Notes under the pieces: generated by a model
Databases searched by the model: none
The model's input: the letters and a program-made list of their open reading frames with translations, nothing else
What the model was told of the DNA's origin: nothing
Source: Ramazzottius varieornatus
Lineage: Eukaryota > Animalia > Tardigrada
Assembly: GCA_001949185.1 (NCBI GenBank)
Contig: BDGG01000002.1
Location: 8,174,448-8,238,447 of the forward strand
Length of the DNA stretch: 64,000 nucleotides
Direction of reading: 5' to 3'
Position numbers and translations under genes: made by a program
In this document: in pieces, positions 1 through 12,200 of the stretch
Layout: the number at the start of each line of letters is the position of its first letter
How positions within the stretch are numbered: position 1 is the stretch's first letter

Positions 1-223
1 AGCGGCGCTAACGAAGCGAAACAGGTCGACCTCAGTTTTCCTTCCATTCTCAACACTGTATTGAAATATGCTTCATCTGACTATAAACAAGAGGCCTTAT
101 TGTTTAGATTATCAATCTTGGACTTCCGTTATGTAATTGCACGAGTGAGGAAGCTGAAATCCTGATGATTCTATATCTGATGTACGATCCGATATCCCTC
201 GACCGATATTTGACCACCCGGAA

Positions 224-377
224 ATGTTTGGCTGGCATATTTTTGGTAATAATGTCTTGAGCTCTTCGGATGAGGAAAGTTTGAGTGACGAAATGGAGAA
301 AGAAGGCCTGAAGATGGATGCGGAAGGAGAACTAACGTTGCATGGATTTACAGCCTTTACTCACACTATGGCTCATG
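224..377 (+). CDS. Possible first coding exon (ATG at 224 or 368; ...MAH|EHKEASAPAFTQKL)
   Basis: The open frame ends ATG GCT CAT G|GTACAG (phase 1). This matches the phase-1 acceptor TTTAG|AA CAC at 1623/1624 and gives a titin-like N-terminus ahead of the first Ig. The donor is weak and unverified. Confidence 0.35.
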
Positions 378-1623
378 GTACAGTACGCCATTAACAATCC
401 CTCGTCCCTCACCACCGCGCTTCCTCATAACAACCTTAAACCCCGTTTGCATAACGCATAACGACATGTGGCATAAACATATGCGCAAGTACGGAAGTCT
501 AACGATAACACACACGAACGTTGACGCGGAATGAGGAAGGTCCGGTCCAGTGACGCAGTCGAAACCGAAAAACCGTTTTGCACCATGCGTGCTGCAACGG
601 CGTGCGCCTACAGAAGAACAATGTTGATACTTCCGCTTGGGCGGTCAAGTATCAGCACGGTGGTATTATTCGTATGAGGAACCCAGGATGGACTCGCGCA
701 TCACAAAAGTACAGGCTAAACAACTATCAAAGTATTTTCTACAAGAACCGTAAAATGCAAAGCCTTGCAAGTACGAATTGAACGAGCCAAAATTGCTGTG
801 GGGGAAGATCCTATGTACGCATGACATGGGATTGAAAAAATTGAGCTTAAAACAATATAGACCGATACTCTTTCCTCTGTGCTTGATCTGGGAGTACCAT
901 GTAGTTTTTTGTCGGTACGACCGTTTGACTTCCGGTACGATAGGTTTTGGGGTATTTCATGGGAGAGGAAGGGACTTGTAAGGATGAGATGCGAGGCTGA
1001 CCAGTGACTAAACTACCGTGTCTTAAAATAGTTACTGTATGTATATCTGCGGTTCAATAATGCCCTGAAGGTTCCTTTTAGAAGTGACACCGCCGTCAAC
1101 AGTACGTGTGAAACGATGAGAGTGTATGACTCGTAGCTCGAGGAACATTCCCTTGAAGACTGTTGTCAACTAGCGACGCGTCTCTGACTTTGGCATCGTT
1201 AGCTACAGTACCGAAGGGAAAGGAAGAAGAAGAACTAGAAACCCTATTACTCATCTCGTCGTCCGTCCGAACTTCCGAATCCAACGGGCTTCTTCCTTGA
1301 GATCCAAGGCCTGAGCAGCAAGCGGCTTTTTTGGTCTGCACGACATAACGAGCAGCGTCGTGTAAACTTAGCCCTAACGAGCTTGATTCAGACAAGCGAA
1401 AGAAGACTAACTCGCTATCTTCGTTTGGCTACCATTATGACAGGGCAGAATCTGTTGCGAAAAGGCTTCGTATGCTCCGTCGTATACGACAACAAACGTT
1501 ATTGCAACATGTAGCAATTAAGCTCGAGCTCTTGTTTTCCTCTCACTTCCTCAATCTCTTTCGTAACTTATTGACGATGAAGTTCAAGCTATACTGACCT
1601 TTGTTCTTTCTGATCCTGTTTAG

Positions 1624-4600
1624 AACACAAGGAAGCCTCGGCGCCCGCCTTTACGCAAAAGCTGTTATCAAAAGTTGTACGACAAGGACAAAACGTCTTA
1701 TTTGAAGGACGGATTGTGGGCAACCCAGTCCCTCAAGTGACCTGGTACCACAACGGGCATCTTATAACCTCGGGAGGAAGATTTTGTATCACCCGCAGTG
1801 GAGACCTTTGCCAGCTACTTATCTCCCACGTCGAACACCGCGACGCCGGAGCAGTCAAAATATCAGCCTTGAACAAAGGCGGAGAGGCCATTTGTATCGC
1901 TGACCTTCTTGTAGCACCCGCTGACAGCGACCTGCCGCCAGTTGACACGCGTGAGCAGCACCCACATGCTCTATCGCACAACCTGCTCTACCTGAAATTT
2001 CCTTCCATCGAGACCGAAAGCGACCAGCAAAACAACATGGTAAGCAATACAGCATTCCGTATCTGTACGAAGCCTGTTCTAAGCGTATTTGAAGATATTA
2101 ATTTTTGTGAATATTTGGATTTTATGCTGTTTTATAAACAATAGACGTGCGAAGTGGTGCCGTCGGTACGTATCTTGAAGTGCAAACGACAAGGATCTCT
2201 TGCACCCGAGCCTTAAAAAAGCATTGCAGGGGAAGTTTGATAGAAAAGTTTGATCCATTTTGATAGAAAACCAATGGATTGATGGGTGATATGAGAGCCC
2301 GTTTGTTGTGGAAACTACGTGGTTTCCTGTTGTCTTAATTTTTGTCTCTTGTGTATTCGAAACAGTCCCCGCATCGGCGACGCAAGAGTTTCGAGGCAGG
2401 GAAGCACGGAGTAAAAAATTGAAACAATAGTTTATCTCTTCCTGGTATTCATATGACGCGTCTCAATTTAGGCCGGAATCTCCTGATGGTTTATCTGAAA
2501 TACAACACAGAAATTTTGAAAGGATTCCAAAAAGGTTTATGGACGATTGCAAGAACTGTGGAAGAGTATCTTAAGCTTGAAGCCTTGAAGAGCGCCTTAA
2601 AGTACCGGTAACAGTGACATATATTTTTGCAAAGTTTCTAGAAAATTATGAGAGCGAGCCTTCAAGTCTTAAAGAGCACCTCGAAGTATCGATAACTGCC
2701 TGATTTGGTCTGTTCAGTTTTCGAAGAAGAATGCGATTGCGGTACCAGATTGATCACCTCAGATGGATGGTGCTTTCGGAAAACAAATAAGGAAATTGGA
2801 AAGAAAGCGGGGTTTGGCGTCAAAGCGGCTAGAATGCAAGAAGGCTTTACCAGAAGACTGTTTACGTGTGCAGCGTTCGCTGGAATTGGTTATCGTGTAA
2901 ATATTGACAGTCTGATCGACGCTGGAAGTGTTAAGACAGAATGACGTACGCGATCTTTCGAACCTTCTTCCTTGTTCCTGCAGGCTTCCGCAATGCGGCC
3001 ACCGTCACCTGGTCGACCTTCGGGCATTCCCATGCGCGCCCCGCCCTTCTTCACGCGGACACTGCGTCCCTTGAACGTTATGGAAGGTTCGACGCTGGTG
3101 ATAGAATGCAGCGTCCAGGCTCACCCACAGCCAACTATTCGCTGGTTGCATAACGGCCAAGAATTGTCCACCACCAACGACTCAAGAATTCAGCAAACTA
3201 TCTTCCCTAATGGCACCTGCACTCTCCAAATCACTGATGTGCGTCTCTCCGACGCTGGCCAATACATTTGTCATGCCAGCAACCAAATGGGCAAACGACA
3301 AAGCGCCACCTTCGTTGTCGTCGAAGGTGAGCCTCTCTCATTCAAAATTCTACCCGCAAAAACCTGGGGGAACTCCTCCAACAGATCAAGCGATCTAACT
3401 TTCTCCATTAGCCATTTCTTCCTGCTAACCATTATTTTTTTTACCAAGAGGAGTGCAGTGACAGAATTTTTAACACGCCCAAAAAGCTTCAGCAGGTCGT
3501 TGTCTCAAATGGCGCACTCTCTTGTTCAATAACAATGAAAGGGAGAGCCACTTCAGATTACCATCTGGCGTGACGTTCTGCCAACATCCAATTTTTCGCC
3601 TGATTTTCTGCCTGTTTAGTATCTGTTCGTGATTGTTTTCCGAGGTAGACTTATCTGATTCTGGCTTCTTTGTCCGGAGTGTAGCTGGCACTTGGAGTTC
3701 GGACGTTCCATCAACTTCCTCGGGTGTTCCCTCTGGTGAGCGACAGTTGCCTCCCAGTCCCACCCTGTCAATGAAAAGCGGAATGAAACCCAAGTTTGTC
3801 AGTCTGCCACGAAGTGCCCAGCTTAACGTCAATAGCACGGCTTACTTTGAATGCAAAGTCAGTGGTGTTCCTGCGCCGGCTGTAGTCTGGAGTCGTCTGG
3901 GTCAGCATCTGCAGGATCCCTCCAAACACATCATCACTGTTGACGCACACAGCGGCGTCCACAGCCTGCAAATACTCAATGTTAAACCCGAAGACGAAGG
4001 CCAGTATCACTGTACCGTCTATAACGACTTTGGCGAAGAATCTACAGCTATCTTTCTCCTCACTCCGGGTAAGAGAAAACATCCCAGAATGTTAACGTAC
4101 AGTATTGATATTTTCAAATTCAGAAACAGTTGATTGCTTCACGCCGTTGACTGGCCAAACCTTCAACAATGGCCTTCCGAGTTGCTTTGTCTTCTCTCTC
4201 AATTTTCTGAACGGTTGTCCTACGAATACAATAGGTCCTGAGCTAATAATAAGCACTTCCGATACCCTAATAAGATCATTTACCTTCCGCAGAGAAATTT
4301 GCAGAGTGGACGCGTCAAGAGCGAAAGCGTCGTCCCTCGCTGACTCGCGGTATGTCCCCCGGTCCATCTCCACGACAATCCCCGGTCCCGGAATACAGCA
4401 GCAAGCGTCTAAGGAGTCGTCCCGTCAGTGCCGATTCCCGTTTGTCCGCGGAGCGCGATACCTATTCAATGGAGATATCAGAAGTTAACGATAATTTAAG
4501 CCGCCGGCTTCCACCGGTTGCTTACCGTCCACAATCAGCGCCTCCGCCCGTCGCGCGACGTCCCGCCTCCATGACTAGCCAGCCCAGCGAGATGGAGATC

Positions 4601-6274
4601 TTCCCCGAAGGTCATGAGACGCCTCAGCTGGAATACTATTCGGGCTTTGATACACCGGAACCGACTATGGAAGAGCCATTCGAACACGATCCCAATCGAG
4701 CCATGGAAGCGCCGCGCTTTGTCCAGAATCTTGCCTCCGTCCGATGTGCCGAAGGCGACCATATCCAGCTCCGCGCCAGACTGGTTGGATTTCCTAAACC
4801 TAGAGTAAGTTGATCAGCATCGTCACGCTAGAACATGAATGTGCTCATTGGCAAACGGCGTTCAGGAACTGGGAAGCGTAAGGAAGAAAGTTGGCCGTTG
4901 GCGAAACAGCAAGTTGGAAAATTAAATGCGAGATTTTGACCCATGTCAATCAAGGTTGCAATCAAGCAAAGTGTGCCTCGACAAATGGCCCCTCCGAAGA
5001 GGGGTTCCCCTATACTTAATTAATTCCGGGGGATTGCCCGTTCTACGCCTCGGGTGAAAATTTCAGTTGACCCAATTACGTCACCTCCGGTCCATACAAT
5101 GTTGTCGCAATGCTTGATTGCTGATTGGACGAAAACAGCTGATAATTTCGAGCTCTGAAGATGGACTTCCTGTTTGTTTCATCTTGAATCCGGAGAAGAT
5201 CCTCGTAGTCCTAATACGAATCTCGATTATCTTGCAGGTCACCTGGCTGAAGAATGGAAACCACCTACAGTCGAGCTCGTCGCGGATGGCCATCCTGTAC
5301 GATGGAGAATACTGCGTTCTGCGTTTCCGACGAGTCATGCAGGAAGATTCAGGAAACTACACGGTCCTGGCGGAGAATGCGATCGGTCAGCAGTCCACGT
5401 CGGCCACCTTGACAGTGGATCCAAGCTTTCATCGAGCACAAGGCCGAAGGTTGGTCTGACAACTTCACCTAACGATCTTATCGTCTCTCCCTTTGTTCAA
5501 AGTGGTAAAAGCAAATGCTGTCTTTTCAGTTCCTCGCAACCCAGTATACTCGGTTCATCGGCTCACCGTCTGCAGTCTCCGTCGCGAGCTGCCACACCTC
5601 ACCGAGATCTGGAATCAAGTCCCGGTGGTCTTAGCCCACAGTTCATCACCAGTCCGCCTGACAAAATCGTCAAGGAAGGCCAACTGGTACGGTTCGATTG
5701 TCGCGTTTCCGGTCGACCTTATCCGGAGCTAATGTGGTACCGTAATGGCGAGCTGGTCCATGACGATTTCACCCACAAAGTAAGCACTTTCCTGCGAATT
5801 CTTCCAGCAAACAACGCGTATCCGTCCAACAAGCACGTCTGTTGCAGGTGATCGTGAACGAGTCGGGTGAGCATTCGCTGCTCATCACCCACGCCACATT
5901 AGAAGATACCGGCTCATATGTCTGCGTGGCCAAGAACTATTCGGCGGAAGTGTCCATCGAGTTCAACTTGATTGTCGAAGAAGCCGATAAGCTGGTGGCA
6001 CCGACCTTCGTTCAGCGATTCCGCAATATGACAGTACAAGAAGGTAGCGCCATCGAGTTCTTCTGTCGAGCAGTGGGTATTCCCATGCCCATCATCAGTT
6101 GGCTGAGAGGTCCTCGCGAGATCTCGCAGGACTCACGAATGCACATAGAAACCAAACAAGGCGCTTCCACACTGACCATTCCTGATGTCCAGACGAACGA
6201 TGCCGATTGGTATTTGTGCACTGCTAGGAATTCGGCCGGTGTCGCCACGGCCAAAGCTAAACTCGTCGTTGAAC
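1624..6274 (+). CDS. N-terminal Ig block, Ig1-Ig6 with Pro/Ser/Arg-rich linkers
   Basis: Exons 1624-2039, 2984-3326, 3685-4068, 4293-4804, 5238-5449, 5530-5779, 5848-6274. All have GT/AG boundaries, compatible phases and I-set Ig signatures. Confidence 0.9.
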
Positions 6275-9200
6275 GTAAGCTTACATTTTTGTATGATATT
6301 TCCAGAGCAGTTGAATTCACCTAGAGCTTTTTTCTGTTGCAGCAAAACCAAAGTTGATCGAGGCCACCACTTCCGCTGCTCATCACTACGCCGCAGCCAG
6401 AGTGCGCGAAGCTCCAAAGCGTCGCTTTTCTCCGGAACGCGGTCCTGAGCAAGTGGAGCCAGTGGAGCTCCGCCATGTACCAAAGCATCCGCGATCCTCC
6501 TCCTTCTCGGGAGGCATCTCGCCAAGTCCGGTTTTTGACGTTCGACCGCCGGCTCCAACCCAACCACCTCGCTTCACTTCCCTTCTTCGTAACATTGACT
6601 GTGACGAAGGCCATCGTGCTCGTTTCGAATGTGTTACCAGCACTGCGGCAGAAACAGACGTTGCAGTCGAATGGTGAGCGATCATTTTACTAACATCATT
6701 ATGCAGTGAGATCGTGCGAAGTAAATGATTGGGCGCTTTGCAGAGACGAAGGTAAACCAGATCAGCTTTCTCAAGTGGCGCACGCTTCCACTCACCTACA
6801 ACGAGAACTGCGCCACTTCGGAGGAAAGCAGACTGCACGCCATCGTTTCCCAAGTGGCGCGCGCTCTCGACCAATAACAATGCTGACGCGCGCCAGTTGG
6901 AAAAACAATCTTGTCAAGATTGTTTTATCCCAAGTCGCGCACGTTTGCATTGGTATTAGTAGGGCGGTATTGGTTAAAAATAGGCGTCACTTAAGATCAT
7001 TAACTTAAGTGACGCAAGCTGCCAGTTGATAGATAATAAGAACGTGCGCCACCTAAGATAGTAATCTGGGCGAACTCGTTTCCCGACGTCCCGATTTAAA
7101 CTTTAATTTGGTTTCGCTGCAGGTTCAAGGATGGAGTACCTCTTCGCCTCAGTCCACGTCACCGTACTACCGAGAACTTTGGTATGTACGGTCTGGACAT
7201 CCTGGCAGTGTCCGCCGAAGATGCGGGCATATACACTTGCCGAGTGGTTAACGCCATCGGTGATGCCGCCACTTCCGCAACGATGAACTTCCGGCCTCGG
7301 CAGCAAATGACACCAACGCCGACGGGACTCCAACGTTCATCTCTCCGTCCTTCTATCAAGGAACCACTAAAGAAGCGATACGACGTCAACATCGACGAGT
7401 ACTTCGAGGCATACGTCGTCATTGATGCCGTCGATGAGCAAAGCTTCTCTTTCCAGTGGGTCCACAATGACCAACCAGTTATTCCCGGTATGGAATAACC
7501 ACTAAAATTTGACACTAGAATATCCAAAGTAGGCTATCGTACAGTAATTTGGTTTTAACAACCCATACCAGCTAAATGTTTTACGGCAGACGAGATGTAC
7601 AAGATCGTAACATGAAGTGGCACACCGTTTCAGCCAATAACAACGACAACGCGCGCTACTTGAGGCCGCGAGCCTTTCCTTTGCCGGCCTCCCATAGACA
7701 GTCATAAAACCTATTCCGATGTACACGCGCGCTGTTTTCTTTCCAGATGACAGAGTTCGAGTGGAGTACCAGAACGGGAAAGTGACAATACGCATTATGA
7801 AAGTGGAGTCGCGCGATGCCGGTGTTTGGATCATCAAAGTCAATAATCGTTTCGGTGAGAGCTGTAGTGCGACCAGCTTGGTAGTCAATCCACCTGGCTC
7901 CACGCCGGCCTCTCCCCACACTCCACGACAACCGGCTTTTGTCTCGCAACCCAGCGAAACTGTTTACGAAGACGAGAACAATACTCTCTTCATTGAACTG
8001 AAAGTCTCACCTTCCAACGCCAAAGTGGTCTTCTTCAAAGATGGCCAAGTTCTCACTGACTCTTCTCACATCAAAACGGTATCGAACTGGTTTTTCGCAC
8101 TATTCAGACCATTAGGCGTGGTATGAACTTTGTTCTTGTGTTCTTGCAGGTGACGGACCGTGGCTACGGTATCTTGGAGATCAACGTTGCCGGTCGCGAA
8201 GATACCGGGACGTACACGTGCCGAGCCAGTACCACCATGGGCTCCGTCGATACCACTTTCCACATCAACGTCCGCGAGCGAGAGCCAGCTTACCGCTCGA
8301 CCATGCCGACTATCCACATTGCTCCGTCTGACTCTGTTGTCGAAGAGGGAACCGTCGCTAGATTCTACTGCACCGTTACTGGTGTCCCTCTGCCCAGAGT
8401 CTCTTGGCGGTTGAATGGACAGCACATTACCACGGTGAGTTTGGTGCTCTGCAAACAGACTCAAAAAGATTATTCTTCCTATTGGCGCACGTTTGCACCG
8501 TTAGTGCACTTGAAAAAAGAGCCCCTTTGATGTTGCGCACCTTTTCAATGTTATTGGCTAAAACAGTGCGCCACTTAGGAGAACAATCGTCTTCCCAAGT
8601 CTCTCGTTTGACAATTCGTACTAGAGGTTATCACTGCAATATGTATCTCGTTGCAGGGAGAGCGATTCAAGCTGACCGGAGACAACTTCACCAGCAGCCT
8701 GGAAATCAGCCACACTCGGCAGTACGATTCCGGTGAGGTAACGGCGGTGGCTGAGAACTCAGAAGGCACTTCCACTGCACGAGCTCGCCTAACTGTAACG
8801 CCTCGCATGGCCGACATGGCCTCACGAGACTTTCCTCCCCAACCTGAGCCCGTTCGATCACCTAGTCAAGCTCTTCCTGCTAAACCCGCTTTGAAACGCC
8901 TAATTTCTCACAAGGCTCTTAACACGCATGACCAGCAACCCATAGTCACCGAGCGTTTGCAGCCGTGTCGCGTAGCCAGCGGTCAACCCGCGCGTTTCAC
9001 TTGTCAATTTCATAGCATAACCTCCACCCGCATTGAATGGTTCCGTGATAACATCAAAATTGAACCCTCGCCCGACTTTCAAACTAATGTCACCGACACC
9101 TCAGCCACCCTGTTGATGCCTCAAGCCTTTGTCGAAGACTCGGGCAACTTCACGGTCAGAATCAGCAACGAGTACGGCGTCACGGAAAGCACGGCCACCT

Positions 9201-12200
9201 TGATTGTGGAAGAAAGGCCAATGTCATCCATGGGGCCTTCCATGCTACCGAGCTTTTCTGAAGGCATCCGCGATATGCGCATTCGAGGTATCGTTGGTTT
9301 CTATTTTCCGTATTTCCAAAATTTACTTCGAGGCATATTTCGAATTCGTTCAGGCGAGTAGATTGACCACTTCGACGAAGAGACTTAAAAGATCTTTTTT
9401 TATGGGGCGCACGCTCTTGGCAAATAGGACTGCCAACGTGCGCCACTGGTTAAACAGACTCGACAAGCACCTTTCTCCAAGTGGCGCATGCTACCATGGA
9501 ACAACACTGATGACATGCGGCACTTCAGATTGTGGGTCTTGTCGAGTTTGGGTACCGAACTTTCAGTTTCCGCCATGCGAACGGAAGTTCAGTTTTGCAT
9601 ACTGTTCTTTTTGTTTTCCTAGGTGGCCAACTGGCCAGGTTCGAAGCGCGCATCGTGGCACCAGGTCCCGTCACTGTTCACTGGTTGAAGAATGGCAAGC
9701 CATTACCCGATGATGATCGTCTCAATACTTTCCGCATCGGTGATCAATGCCGCCTGTTGATCCGTAATGCTGGCCCAGAAGATACCGGCTACTACACCTG
9801 TGTCTTATCAACGGAGAGTGGTGAAGCTCGAACCGAGGCTTACCTCAACGTTGAAGGCAAGAGTGATTTTTCGTCGCCACCTCGCACCGTTCAACCTGGT
9901 CCAGATCAGCCCGAACGGGCCCCCAGTCCGCCCAAGGTCCTCAAGCCACCGTCAGACACATCGGCTTTTGTGGGAGAAGCTGTCACTTTGCGATGCACCA
10001 TTGACGGAAATCCAAGTAAGGCAGCAGATTTACTGAAAAAAAAATCAGCTTTATTTATAGCGATAAACATTAAACAAGGTGCGGCATATGTTTTCCAACT
10101 GGGAAATTGTGGAAAGAGCATATGGCTCATGCGAGTAGAAACCACATGTCTTTTGACTGGTCGTCAACGTGAAAGTGTGTGGGTTTTTTATTAGTATTTG
10201 GTATTTCTTTTTTGTCTGTAGAACCGGAAATGCGATGGTACAAAGGCCCGCATCTCGTCAGGAACTCTAAATACTACAAGACCTTTGTCACAGATAATGT
10301 TTGTACACTGGTCATTCGTCAAGCTTTGCTGGAGGACCAGGGTGAATACCGCTGTGTGGGCAAGAACCCGTTTGGTGAAGCGTCCGATTCGGCTTACGTA
10401 CGCATATTGGGTGAGGCCAAAGAATCCCCTCGCACTTCCTTTGTGATGTACTAGAGACATAGAACAACGTTCCGTTTTGCAGATGCTCCATCCGAAGCAG
10501 TCCGATTGGTTCGTGAGAAACTAGGTGAGAAGAGTACAGTGGATGTGGGAGAAGACATTCCCTTTACTGGACCGGAAGTAGAGGATTCTTTGCCCAGCAG
10601 CACAGTCGCATTCAACGGTGAAGAGCTCAAACTGAGCTGCTCCGTCAAGAAGTGTCTGCCACATCCGTCGTTTGCTTGGTATCACAATGGACAGCTGATC
10701 CATCCAGGTAAGCAAGCCTTTTCTACTACATACTGTATGAAGAGAATAACGAGCAAAACTGGTAAAGATTTTGTTTGTAGCCGGTGATTTCAAGGTCAGC
10801 GCTGACAAATGGACATATACGATGTCGATCAAGGAAGCCTATCCCGACGACGTAGGCACTTACACCTGCGTGGTATGGAACGAATTCGGGTTAATAAAGA
10901 CCTCCACTGACATCACGGTCGAAGATCGACCCAAGCCCCCTTCACCACCACCGATCGTCGAAGAGCCCGAGCCGGAGTACAAGTTGATCGAGCAGTCATA
11001 CTCCATCGAGAGCAGCAGTCACATCATGAAGGAGACCATTCGACGGGTTCGACGCAACCTACCAACCTTCACGCAAGCCTTACCGGATACAATCACGGCG
11101 GAAGAAGAGCAACCGGTGGAGTTGGCAGTCAGTACAGTTAGTGAACTGCCGACCAAGTACGACTGGAGGTTGGATGGACGACCCATTCGCCACTCGCCCG
11201 ACTACCAGATCACCACTAGCCCCAAGGGTTCGACATTGACGTTACCTAATGTTGCCAGTGTCGATGCTGGACAGTATTCGGTGGTGGCTAGTACTGGTCT
11301 TGGCCAACAGTCCAGCCAGGTCGACCTCAACGTCAAGAGCCGAAGTACGTTTTAATCTCCTGAAGTGCAAGCTCGGAAAATGACTTGAACCAGATCGTTT
11401 TCCCAAGTAGCGCGCGTTCTAAGCCAGTAACAATGCAGACGTGCGCCAGCTGGAAAAAGATCTTTTCCAGTTTGTTCTGTCACAAGTCGCGCACGTTTGC
11501 ATTGGTATTGGCTGGAAGCAGGCTTCACTTGTGATCGTTATCGCAAGTGGCGCACGAATTGGCTAATAACAAGGCAGGCATGCGCCACTTCAGGTTACGA
11601 TCTCGTTGAATTCGTTTGCCGAGCTCTCGATTTATTTGACGTGATGGTTTGTCTAACGGCAAATCTTTTGCAGCTGTTGGGCGTCACACAACACAGGCTG
11701 GTCCCGTTGAGGTGTCTCAGCCAAGTCCGACGTTCGAAGTGTACGATACAACGTACGAAGAAGAGAAGCTGGAGAACATCATGAGAACGACCGTTCGCCG
11801 CATTCGACCGGTGGCCCCACGGTTCGTCACAGCCCTAGCCGACACGATGACAGTGTATGAAGGTGAGCACGTTGAGATGGAGGTGGAAGTCCGCTCTCAA
11901 CAGCCGGTGACCTTCGAATGGGAACGCGATGGTGTGGCGGTAACGCAGTCTACGGAACGCCTCTTCGTCGTCACCGGAAGTATCACCTCCGTCCTGCATA
12001 TCACCGTGTCTTCTCTGGAAGACCAAGGACATTACACATGCTATGCCATCTCGGATGCCGGCGAGAAATCAACGGCCACCAAACTGACTGTGCTACGTGA
12101 GTTTGTGAAGCTGTTTCCGCTCTTCAGCCTTTGTCGAGGGTTGGTACTGTAACTGTATGAAATAGTACTATTTTTAATTCTCCTGTAGCAACACGCGAAA

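Noticed and set aside
578-1395. Small ORFs upstream of the first Ig exon
   Set aside because: Non-ATG starts and no recognisable motifs.
2230-2700. Short degenerate direct repeats in the 944-nt intron (TTTGATAGAAAA twice; AAGAGCRCCT..AAGTA..G.TAAC twice)
   Set aside because: Too short and diverged to support a defined element.
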